64,000 nt of DNA, taken from Nemertoderma westbladi (lineage: Eukaryota > Animalia > Xenacoelomorpha). The notes beneath the pieces were generated by a model. That model was not told the DNA's origin. It made no database searches and saw nothing but the letters and a program-made list of their open reading frames with translations. The position numbers and the translations under genes are program-made. Shown here piece by piece: positions 50,601 through 62,028 of this stretch; position 1 is the first letter of the stretch; every line of letters starts with the position of its first letter. The stretch lies in NCBI GenBank assembly GCA_032718475.1, contig JAUCBJ010008984.1, positions 1 through 64,000 of the forward strand. Direction: 5' to 3'.

Positions 50601-53600
50601 TCAAATAGGTAATGGGAAAAAACAGCGAAGTTTGGTGGAAAATACATAAAGGTCAAATAGGTAACGGGAAAATACAGCGAAGTTTGGGGGAAAATACAGC
50701 GAAGTTTGGTGGAAAATACATAAAGGTCAAATAGGTAACGGGAAAATACAGCGAAGTTTGGTGGAAAATACATAAAGGTAAAATAGGTAACGGGAAAATA
50801 CAGCGAAGTTTGGTGGAAAATACATAAAGGTCAAATAGGTAACGGGAAAAAACAGCGAAGTTTGGTGGAAAATACATAAAGGTCAAATAGGTAACGGGAA
50901 AAAACAGCGAAGTTTGGTGGAAAATACATAAAGGTCAAATAGGTAACGGGAAAATACAGCGAAGGTTGGTGGAAAATAAATAAAGGTCAAATAGGTAACG
51001 GGAAAATAAAGCGAAGTTTGGTGGAAAATAAATAAAGGTCAAATAGGTAACGGGAAAATACAGCGAAGTTTGGGGGAAAATACATAAAGGTCAAATAGGT
51101 AACGGGAAAATACAGCGAAGTTTGGGGGAAAATACATAAAGGTCAAATAGGTAACGGGAAAATAAAGCGAAGTTTGGTGGAAAATACATAAAGGTCAAAT
51201 AGGTAACGGGAAAATACAGCGAAGTTTGGTGGAAAATACATAAAGGTCAAATAGGTAACGGGAAAATACAGCGAAGTTTGGTGGAAAATACATAAAGGTA
51301 AAATAGGTAACGGGAAAATACAGCGAAGTTTGGGGGAAAATACATAAAGGTCAAATAGGTAACGGGAAAATACAGCGAAGTTTGGTGGAAAATACATAAA
51401 GGTCAAATAGGTTACGGGAAAATACAGCGAAGTTTGGTGGAAAATACATAAAGGTCAAATAGGTAACGGGAAAATACAGCGAAGTTTGGGGGAAAATACA
51501 TAAAGGTCAAATAGGTAACGGGAAAATACAGCGAAGTTTGGTGGAAAATACATAAAGGTCAAATAGGTAACGGGAAAATACAGCGAAGTTTGGTGGAAAA
51601 TACATAAAGGTAAAATAGGTAACGGGAAAATACAGCGAAGTTTGGGGGAAAATACATAAAGGTCAAATAGGTAACGGGAAAATACAGCGAAGTTTGGTGG
51701 AAAATACATAAAGGTCAAGTAGGTAACGGGAAAAAACAGCGAAGTTTGGTGGAAAATACATAAAGGTCAAATAGGTAACGGGAAAATACAGCGAAGTTTG
51801 GTGGAAAATACATAAAGGTCAAGTAGGTAACGGGAAAAAACAGCGAAGTTTGGTGGAAAATACATAAAGGTCAAATAGGTAACGGGAAAATACAGCGAAG
51901 TTTGGGGAAAAATACATAAAGGTCAAATAGGTAACGGGAAAATACAGCGAAGTTTGGTGGAAAATACATAAAGGTCAAATAGGTAACGGGAAAATACAGC
52001 GAAGTTTGGTGGAAAATACATAAAGGTCAAGTAGGTAACGGGAAAAAACAGCGAAGTTTGGTGGAAAATACATAAAGGTCAAATAGGTAACGGGAAAATA
52101 CAGCGAAGTTTGGTGGAAAATACATAAAGGTCAAATAGGTAACGGGAAAATACAGCGAAGTTTGGTGGAAAATACATAAAGGTCAAATAGGTAACGGGAA
52201 AATACAGCGAAGTTTGGGGAAAAATACATAAAGGTCAAATAGGTAACGGGAAAATACAGCGAAGTTTGGTGGAAAATACATAAAGGTCAAATAGGTAACG
52301 GGAAAATACAGCGAAGTTTGGTGGAAAATACATAAAGGTCAAATAGGTAACGGGAAAATACAGCGAAGTTTGGTGGAAAATACATAAAGGTCAAATAGGT
52401 AACGGGAAAATACAGCGAAGTTTGGTGGAAAATACATAAAGGTCAAATAGGTAACGGGAAAATACAGCGAAGTTTGGTGGAAAATACATAAAGGTCAAAT
52501 AGGTAACGGGAAAATACAGCGAAGTTTGGTGGAAAATACATAAAGGTCAAATAGGTAACGGGAAAATACAGCGAAGTTTGGTGGAAAATACATAAAGGTC
52601 AAATAGGTAACGGGAAAATACAGCGAAGTTTGGTGGAAAATACATAAAGGTCAAATAGGTAACGGGAAAATACAGCGAAGTTTGGTGGAAAATACATAAA
52701 GGTCAAATAGGTAACGGGAAAATACAGCGAAGTTTGGGGGAAAATACATAAAGGTCAAATAGGTAACGGGAAAATACAGCGAAGTTTGGGGGAAAATACA
52801 TAAAGGTCAAATAGATTACGGGAAAATACAGCGAAATTTGGGGAAAAATACATAAAGGTCAAGTAGGTAACGGGAAAAAACAGCGAAGTTTGGTGGAAAA
52901 TACATAAAGGTCAAATAGGTAACGGGAAAAAACAGCGAAGTTTGGTGGAAAATACATAAAGGTCAAATAGGTAACGGGAAAATACAGCGAAGTTTGGTGG
53001 AAAATACATAAAGGTCAAGTAGGTAACGGGAAAATACAGCGAAGTTTGGTGGAAAATACATAAAGGTCAAATAGGTAACGGGAAAAAACAGCGAAGTTTG
53101 GTGGAAAATACATAAAGGTCAAGTAGGTAACGGGAAAAAACAGCGAAGTTTGGTGGAAAATACATAAAGGTCAAATAGGTAACGGGAAAAAACAGCGAAG
53201 TTTGGTGGAAAATACATAAAGGTCAAATAGGTAACGGGAAAATACAGCGAAGTTTGGTGGAAAATACATAAAGGTCAAATAGGTAACGGGAAAATACAGC
53301 GAAGTTTGGTGGAAAATACATAAAGGTCAAGTAGGTAACGGGAAAATACAGCGAAGTTTGGTGGAAAATACATAAAGGTCAAGTAGGTAACGGGAAAATA
53401 CAGCGAAGTTTGGTGGAAAATACATAAAGGTCAAATAGGTAACGGGAAAATACAGCGAAGTTTGGTGGAAAATACATAAAGGTCAAATAGGTAACGGGAA
53501 AATGCAGCCAAGTTTGGTTGAAAATACATAAAGGTCAAATAGGTAACGGGAAAATACAGCGAAGTTTGGTGGAAAATACATAAAGGTCAAATAGGTAACG

Positions 53601-54395
53601 GGAAAATACAGCGAAGTTTGGTGGAAAATACATAAAGGTCAAGTAGGTAACGGGAAAATACAGCGAAGTTTGGTGGAAAATACATAAAGGTCAAATAGGT
53701 AACGGGAAAATACAGCGAAGTTTGGTGGAAAATACATAAAGGTCAAATAGGTAACGGGAAAATACAGCGAAGTTTGGGGGAAAATACATAAAGGTCAAAT
53801 AGGTAACGGGAAAATACAGCGAAGTTTGGTGGAAAATACATAAAGGTCAAATAGGTAACGGGAAAATACGGCGAAGTTTGGTGGAAAATACATAAAGGTC
53901 AAATAGGTAACGGGAAAATACAGCGAAGTTTGGTGGAAAATACATAAAGGTCAAATAGGTAACGGGAAAATAAAGCGAAGTTTGGTGGAAAATACATAAA
54001 GGTCAAATAGGTAACGGGAAAATACAGCGAAGTTTGGTGGAAAATACATAAAGGTCAAATAGGTAACGGGAAAATAAAGCGAAGTTTGGTGGAAAATACA
54101 TAAAGGTCAAATAGGTAACGGGAAAATACAGCGAAGTTTGGTGGAAAATACATAAAGGTCAAATAGGTAACGGGAAAATACAGCGAAGTTTGGTGGAAAA
54201 TACATAAAGGTCAAATAGGTAACGGGAAAATAAAGCGAAGTTTGGTGGAAAATACATAAAGGTCAAATAGGTAACGGGAAAATACAGCGAAGTTTGGTGG
54301 AAAATAAATAAAGGTCAAGTAGGTAACGGGAAAAAACAGCGAAGTTTGGTGGAAAATACATAAAGGTAAAATAGGTAACGGGAAAATGCAGCGAA
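44605..54395. repeat. 52-bp tandem repeat, ~188 copies (GGGAAAATACAGCGAAGTTTGGTGGAAAATACATAAAGGTCAAATAGGTAAC)
   Basis: Directly visible and purine-rich on the + strand. The first unit overlaps the CCDC59-like stop codon. Confidence 0.98.
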
Positions 54396-55464
54396 ATGTC
54401 CAAAACAATAATGGTAAAAGTCAGTTAAACAGTATCATTTGAACTGAACATTATTAAAAAAATATTATTGATCCAACACACACCGGTGCTGTACACATAG
54501 AGAACTGTATGGATATGAAAAATATAAACAATGATACAAAATTCAGTCAGAAAAACTGTGATTACTTCTTATAGCCATGTTTAGTGTTTATTAAATATTA
54601 TTATATATATTTGAACTGCTGTTAGTTTATTGTGGACATATTTACTATTAGGACAATAAATTGTTAATAGTTCTTCACTGTCGTGGGTTATGTTTACTTT
54701 TTATATTGATTTGTGTCTCTAGTCTGTAACTGCAGTTGTGTTCATTAATGTTAATAATAATAAAACTGATAACTGAATTGATACAATATTGCACAATAAT
54801 TCCCAGTTCCCTGAACACAATGATTGCGCTTTATGAGTCGTGCTTATCGCGTGTGAATTTTCCTAAGTAAATAAATACTGTGAACTCTTAATAAAGTACA
54901 TAACGTAGATATTATAAGTTTTATGTTGACAAACGTATTAGGCAATATCATTTCGCCATTTACAGTAAACTAATTGTATTGAGGGTTGTTCGCCCTAGTC
55001 TGAGAGAGCATTGAAGCAATCATCTCTTTGTGTTACACCCGGCCGAACCATATGGCTTTACAACCAAACCCTGCTTGGTCGCCCGCTTGTATTATAATTA
55101 TAATCTAACAATAAATTATATTTATATTTATCAACTTGTTCAACGTCCCTAACAGCTGTCACAAATATAATAATATATAAAAGTAATTTTGTCTACCTCA
55201 CATGTTATTCTTCAATTGTTTCTCTTTCTTTATTTATTTCTATTTACAAGGTCACACTTATATTAAACTATGTAAACCCGGGACAATTCATTTATTGCGC
55301 CTAGAAGTTCATTGACATTGACCTTGACTTTATATTAGGGCGATCTATTGGTGACAGCAGTAGATTTTATCGATGGATAGAGGCTAAACAGACAGGAATA
55401 AATATCTTTAACTCAGAAACCCTCATTAGATGTTGTAAATGTTTTCAAAGTAATATTCCGTTAA

Positions 55465-58400
55465 CTGACGGCCTCTATCCCCGGAACCATAGACCCGGCC
55501 TGTCTGACTGTCTCCATTCCCTGAACCATGGAACACGCGCTGTCTGACGGCCTCCATCCTCGGAACCATGGAGGCCGCCCTGTCTGACTGTCTCCATTCC
55601 CGGAACCATGAAACCCGCCCTGTCTGACGGTCTCCATTCCCGGAACCATGGACCCCGCCCTGTCTGATGGCCTCCATCCCCGGAACCATGGAGGCCGCCC
55701 TGTCTGACTGTCTCCATCCCCGGAACCATGGAGGCCGCCCTGTCTGACTGTCTCCATTCCCGTAACAATGGACCCCACCCTTTCTAACGGCCTCCATTCC
55801 CGGAACCATGGACCCCGCCCTGTCTGATTGTCTCGCGAGTATTCTTAGCCCGCGAGTATTCTTAGACCGCAAAACAATAACGTTTATTGTTTTGTTTCCC
55901 CCAATAGCCTCTGAAACCTGCTCCTTTACTAACCTGCTGCTTTACTAACTCGCGGGCTAAGAATTCACCAAACCCCTCCATCCCCGGAACCATGGACGCC
56001 GCCCTGTCTGACGGCCTTCATCCCAGTAACCATGGACCTCACCCTGTCTGACGGCCTCCATCCCAGTAACCATGGACACCGCCCTGTCTGAAGGCCTCCA
56101 TCCCCGGAACCATGGACCCCGCCCCGCCCTGTCTGACGGCCTCCATCCCAGTAACCGTGGACCCCGCTCTGTCTGATGGCCTCCATCCCCGGAACCATGG
56201 ACCCCGCCCTGTCTGACGGCCTCCATCCCCGGAACTATGGACCCCGCCCCGCCCTTTCTGACGGCCTCCATCCCAGTAACCGTGGACCCCGCTCTGTCTG
56301 ACGGCCTCCATCCCAGTAACAATGGACCCCGCTCTGTCTGACGGCCTCCATCCCCGGAACCATGGACCCCGCCCCGCCCTTTCTGACGGCCTCCTTCCCA
56401 GTAACAATGGACCCCGCCCTGTCTGACGGCCTTCATCCCAGTAACCATGGACCTCACCCTGTCTGACGGCCTCCATCCCAGTAACCATGGACACCGCCCT
56501 GTCTGACGGCCTCCATCCCCAGAACCATGGACCCCGCCCCACCCTGTCTGACGGCCTCCATCCCAGTAACCGTGGACCCCGCTCTGTCTGACGGCCTCCA
56601 TCCCCGGAACCATGGACCCCGCCCTGTCTGACGGCCTCCATTCCCGGAACCATGGACCCCGCCCTGTCTGATTGTCTCGCGAGTATTCTTAGCCCGCGAG
56701 TATTCTTAGACCGCAAAACAATAACGTTTATTGTTTTGTTTCCCCCAATAGCCTCTGAAACCTGCTCCTTTACTAACCTGCTGCTTTACTAACTCGCGGG
56801 CTAAGAATTCACCAAACCCCTCCATCCCCGGAACCATGGACGCCGCCCTGTCTGACGGCCTTCATCCCAGTAACCATGGACCTCACCCTGTCTGACGGCC
56901 TCCATCCCAGTAACCATGGACACCGCCCTGTCTGACGGCCTCCATCCCCGGAACCATGGACCCCGCCCCGCCCTGTCTGACGGCCTCCATCCCAGTAACC
57001 GTGGACCCCGCTCTGTCTGACGGCCTCCATCCCCGGAACCATGGACCCCGCCCTGTCTGACGGCCTCCATCCCCGGAACTATGGACCCCGCCCCGCCCTT
57101 TTTGACGGCCTCCATCCCAGTAACCGTGGACCCCGCTCTGTCTGACGGCCTCCATCCCAGTAACAATGGACCCCGCTCTGTCTGACGGCCTCCATCCCCG
57201 GAACCATGGACCCCGCCCCGCCCTTTCTGACGGCCTCCATCCCAGTAACAATGGACCCCGCCCTGTCTGACGGCCTCCATCCCCGGAACCATCGACCCCG
57301 CCCTTTCTGACGGCCTCCATCCCCGGAACTATGGAGGCCGCTCTGTCTGACTGCCTCCAACCCCGTAACCATGGACCCCGCCCCACCCTGTCTGACGGCC
57401 TCCATCCCCGGAACCATGGACACTGCCCTGTCTGACGGCCTCCATCCCCGGAACCATGGACCCCGCCCCGCCCTGTCTGACGGCCTCCATCCCAGTAACC
57501 ATGGACCCCGCTCTGTCTGACGGCCTCCATCCCCGGAACCATGGACACCGCCCTGTCTGACGGCCTCCATCTCCGGAACTATGGACCCCGCCCCGCCCTT
57601 TCTGACGGCCTCCATCCCAGTAACCATGGACACCGCCCTGTCTGACGGCCTCCATCCCCGGAACTATGGACCCCGCCCCGCCCTTTCTGACAGCCTCCAT
57701 CCCAGTAACCATGGACCCCGCCCTGTCTGACGGCCTCCATCCCCGGAACCATGGACTCTGCCCTGTCTGACTGTCTCCATCCCCGGAACCATGGACCCCG
57801 CCCCGCCCTTTCTGACGGCCTCCATCCCAGTAACCATGGACCCTGCCCTGTCTGACGGCCTCCATCCCCGGAACCATGGACCCCGCCCTGTCTGACGGCC
57901 TCCATCCCCGGAACCATGGACCCCACCCTGTCTGACGGCCTCCATCCCCGGAACCATGGACTCTGCCCTGTCTGACTGTCTCCATCCCCGGAACCATGGA
58001 CCCCGCCCCGCCCTTTCTGACGGCCTCCATCCCAGTAACCATGGACCCCGCCCTGTCTGACGGCCTCCATCCCCGGAACCATGGACCCCGCCCTGTCTGA
58101 CGGCCTCCATCCCCGGAACCATGGACCCCACCCTGTCTGACGGCCTCCATCCCTGGAACCATGGACTCTGCCCTGTCTGACTGTCTCCATCCCCGGAACC
58201 ATGGACCCCGCCCCGCCCTGTCTGACGGCCTCCATCCCAGTAACCATGGACCCCGCTCTGTCTGACGGCCTCCATCCCCGGAACTATGGACACCGCCCTG
58301 TCTGACGGCCTCCATCCCCGGAACTATGGACCCCGCCCCGCCCTTTCTGACGGCCTCCATCCCAGTAACCATGGACCCCGCCCTGTCTGACGGCCTCCAT

Positions 58401-59395
58401 CCCCGGAACCATGGACGCCGCCCTGTCTGACGGCCTCCATCCCCGGAACCATGGACCCCACCCTGTCTGACGGCCTCCATCCCTGGAACCATGGACACCG
58501 CCCTGTCCGACGGCCTCCATCCCCGGAACCATGGACCCCGCCCCGCCCTGTCTGACGGCCTCCATCCCAGTAACCATGCATCCCGCCCTGTCTGACGGCC
58601 TCCATCCCCGGAACTATGGACACCGCCCTGTCTGACGGCCTCCATCCCCGGAACCATGGACCCCGCCCCGCCCTGTCTGACGGCCTCCATCCCAGTAACC
58701 ATGGACACCGCCCTGTCTGACGGCCTCCATCCCCGGAACCATGGACCCCGCCCCACCCTGTCTGACGGCCTCCATCCCAGTAACAATGGACCCCGCCCTG
58801 TCTGACGGCCTCCATCCCCGGAACCATCGACCCCGCCCTTTCTGACGGCCTCCATCCCAGTAACCATAGACCCGCCCTGCCTGACTGTCTCCATCTCCGT
58901 AACCATGGACCCCACCCCGCCCTGTCTGACGGCCTCCATCCCAGTAACCATGGACACCGCCCTGTCTGACGGCCTCCATCCCCGGAACCATGGACCCCGC
59001 CCCGCCCTGTCTGACGGCCTCCATCCCAGTAACAATGGACCCCGCCCTGTCAGACGGCCTCCATCCCCGGAACCATGGACCCCGCCCCGCCCTGTCTGAC
59101 GGCCTCCATCCCCGGAACCATGGACCCCGCCCCGCCCTGTCTGACGGCCTCCATCCCAGTAACAATGGACCCCGCCCTGTCAGACGGCCTCCATCCCCGG
59201 AACCATGGACCCCGCCCCGCACTGTCTGACGGCCTCCATCCCCGGAACCATGGACCCCGCCCCGCCCTGTCTGACGGCCTCCATCCCAGTAACAATGGAC
59301 CCCGCCCTGTCTGACTGTCTCCATCCCAGTAACCATGGACCCCGCCCTGTCAGACGGCCTCCATCCCAGTAACCATGGACACCGCCCTGTCTGAC
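55465..59395. repeat. GC-rich compound minisatellite (39/40/45-bp variants of GGACCCCGCCCTGTCTGACGGCCTCCATCCCCGGAACCAT) with an 844-bp higher-order duplication
   Basis: Directly visible. A ~145-bp non-unit insert occurs twice (~55833-55975 and ~56677-56819). Confidence 0.95.
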
Positions 59396-59655
59396 TTCAC
59401 GTGCGACATCTGAGCCTTATTTTTGGACTTCGTTTTTCTGACAGTCCACATTAATTAGTTTCAGTTTGTAGATGTTTAATAGGATTTAATATTCTTTAAG
59501 GCATATAAAATTTACCGTTACGATTTATTGCTTTAATTGGCTTAATAAATAAGGAAAATAAATATGTTTTGAAATTAATTTATCTTTTTGTACCAAATTT
59601 GGTTTTTATTTTCCACATTTTTAAATATGTCGCCTATATTTCGCGGTGGTCTGCG

Positions 59656-61039
59656 ATGAGTCATATCTCTTCACATAGGAACTACTGCGATAAACTTCTG
59701 TGTCTGCTTTACACCGAGTTTCATAAACTGGAAGGACCAACACTGCGGTTTCAGGTACCCAGTGACGTCATCACTAAAGATGTATTCGATTGCGTTCGAT
59801 GTTATCTGATACCTAAACTCGAGTTGGAGAGTCGATATGTCTCGATAAGATCGCAAGGATTCCATTTTATCGGCTGTCCTATTTATATAAAAGATACAAA
59901 GAAATACAAAGATAACAGAAATTACCTGCAGTTTAATTTGGTTTTTGTTTGCGATGAAACTGAGACGGATTGCGATAAATATCGACGAGTTGTTATGAAG
60001 TTGGCGCGGTATCTTCGCGATCTAGAACTCTCGGAATCCTATTTGTTCGACGCCAATAAACTCGCCAACCTTCCGGGTCTGTTGGAGGAAGTCCTCGCGC
60101 AGCTGTGGTCCACCGCGTGGTGCACCATACCGATATCGGGGTCCCAGATCGTCATTAACTTGTTCGCGAACCCTTCCGTCCCGGACCCGCCCCACGTCGC
60201 CGAACACGCTGTCCCGGTGATCCTCAGAGGCAAGGAGCGGTTTATCGAGGAATGTCGGGAACTCACGGTGAAGAGAATCTACAAAGACATCGACGGGGTT
60301 AAACACATCGCTAAGATCGCCTTGGAAACCGATTCGGAAATTAAGTTAGTTCTCGCAGCCATCCGGAATCTTATGTACAGCAACGTCGTCGGTATTATAG
60401 ACGCGTTCCAGTTCTCCAACGTTTATTGCGCTGAAGTCGGGATCGCCGAGTTGCATAGCAACCCCGAACTACATAATGACGTCATTCAATACGCATGTAG
60501 ATTTAGAAAACAGCCGCCAACATTCAGACAGGTAAAATTAGTTACAGCCGCTAAATATTACGATAAAATTTTCAGACATTAATTAATTACAGGTATTTAA
60601 ATCTCACCGAATCAGTGTACGTTCAGTTTTAATATACATACATATATAATACAATACCGAAACATTTCATATGTTCCCCTAGATACGTGTCCTTCTATCC
60701 GAGATGCGTCATGGTGTTACTATGCAACACGTTCTAGAACGGCAACCGGAAGCAGCAGCTAGTGTTGACTTGCGTCTTTTAGTGCAGCACTCTGTACTAC
60801 ACAAGTACATACGGCGGGTCTATATGTATCCCATCTATGTGCCGGAGTCTCCAAGGGAACTCCAGCATTCCATCCCATTCGGAGTTATTAAACTAAAAGA
60901 AGATTTACGGAATAATGTGTTAGCTGACTGCGATGGGGGTAGCCATAGCGACGCATTGTCTTGTCGTCATGGGTTAAGTTTCGCGCAGTTAATGGCCATT
61001 ATGGATTCCGAAGAAAACGTTATAGTTATATGGAAATAG
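59656..61039 (+). CDS. NPRL2: GATOR1 complex subunit NPRL2 (nitrogen permease regulator 2-like), two exons 59656-60531 and 60683-61039, ~410 aa
   Basis: Motifs EFHKLEGPTLRFQVP, YLIPKLEL, IGCPIYI..KKY...RNYLQFNLVFV, IDGVKHIAKIA, DAFQFSNVY and C-terminal DGGSHSDAL...VIVIWK. Phase-0 intron CAG|GTAAAA...CCCCTAG|ATA. Confidence 0.95.
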
Positions 61040-61635
61040 TTATTAAAATAGCTTTTACAAATGTTATTTTATATCATTTATAATAATAAAGAAAACAATG
61101 TAAAAACTGGTTTATTTAATTGCCTTATATATAAGGTCACAAAATGTCAAAATGTTTCTCAACGGCTAGATTTCCACAAATATTAATAACTACAGTATAC
61201 CGGTGTTTTTAATTTAGCGTTAAATTAAAAAAAAACTCAAATAAATTTAGCGGAACTAGAAAAATTCATACTAAAAATGTAAATCTTTTATCACCATTTG
61301 TAATTATACGAATATACCTGTTTTCACACGTTATAAACCAATGAAATCCCCATACTGATTTAAAATGCCAGAAAACCCAGACTGATTAAATAGAACAGAA
61401 TTGTGTGCAACATTGTCGAATTCTAGAATAATGACTTATATTCCCAGTTAAGATCATCTATGGATCTCTAGTTCCTACGAATATAATTATTTCCAAGAGA
61501 TTTTTGTAGATCAGATTAAGCCTAATTAATAGGCCTACCATTACAGTATGTTAAATAATGCGTGCAAGAGCACTGTTTATTGTAGGTGTTCCTAAATTAT
61601 AGTAATAGGGAACTATTGGTATTGTAGTAACTGCT

Positions 61636-61986
61636 ATGGACTCCATTGCAAGACGCTTAACAACTTTATGGAAGTGGCTTGGTGAGTTTCCCCCGAAAGG
61701 ATGTTCCATAATTGGACGGTAGAGGGCAGAAAAGAATTACAATAAAAGTTAGTCCTAACTAGTAGAGGCGACCGCAAGTCGTTTGTATTGCGTTTATGGT
61801 ATGCACTAGCAGTTCATACGTTCTCTGGGTATATCACACATTTTGGTCGGTACCGTATGGTAGTCCAATCCCTGTCTGGTTCAGTAGGCCTATTGTAGCC
61901 TCTGGTAGTAGTTACCGGCAGTTCTGCAATGTAAAATATTGTACAGTATATGTTTATCCAGCTGTTAACACAGGTCAGGATGTAAC
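61636..61986 (+). CDS. Possible first two small coding exons of a downstream gene (61636-61681 MDSIARRLTTLWKWL; 61962-61986 AVNTGQDV)
   Basis: Both end in consensus GTGAGT donors, the second has acceptor TTTATCCAG|, and the join is open in phase 1. Too short to identify. Confidence 0.4.
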
Positions 61987-62028
61987 GTGAGTTTTTTCTC
62001 TATCAGCTTTAAGGAAAGCAGAGTGATG

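Noticed and set aside
44533-59336. Numerous overlapping ORFs in the 52-bp and GC-rich arrays
   Set aside because: Translations of tandem repeats in several frames, with no protein-family signal.
59569-59655. TTG-initiated N-terminal extension of NPRL2 and ORF read-through to 60582
   Set aside because: Family similarity begins after ATG 59656, and the tail after 60531 is intron read-through.
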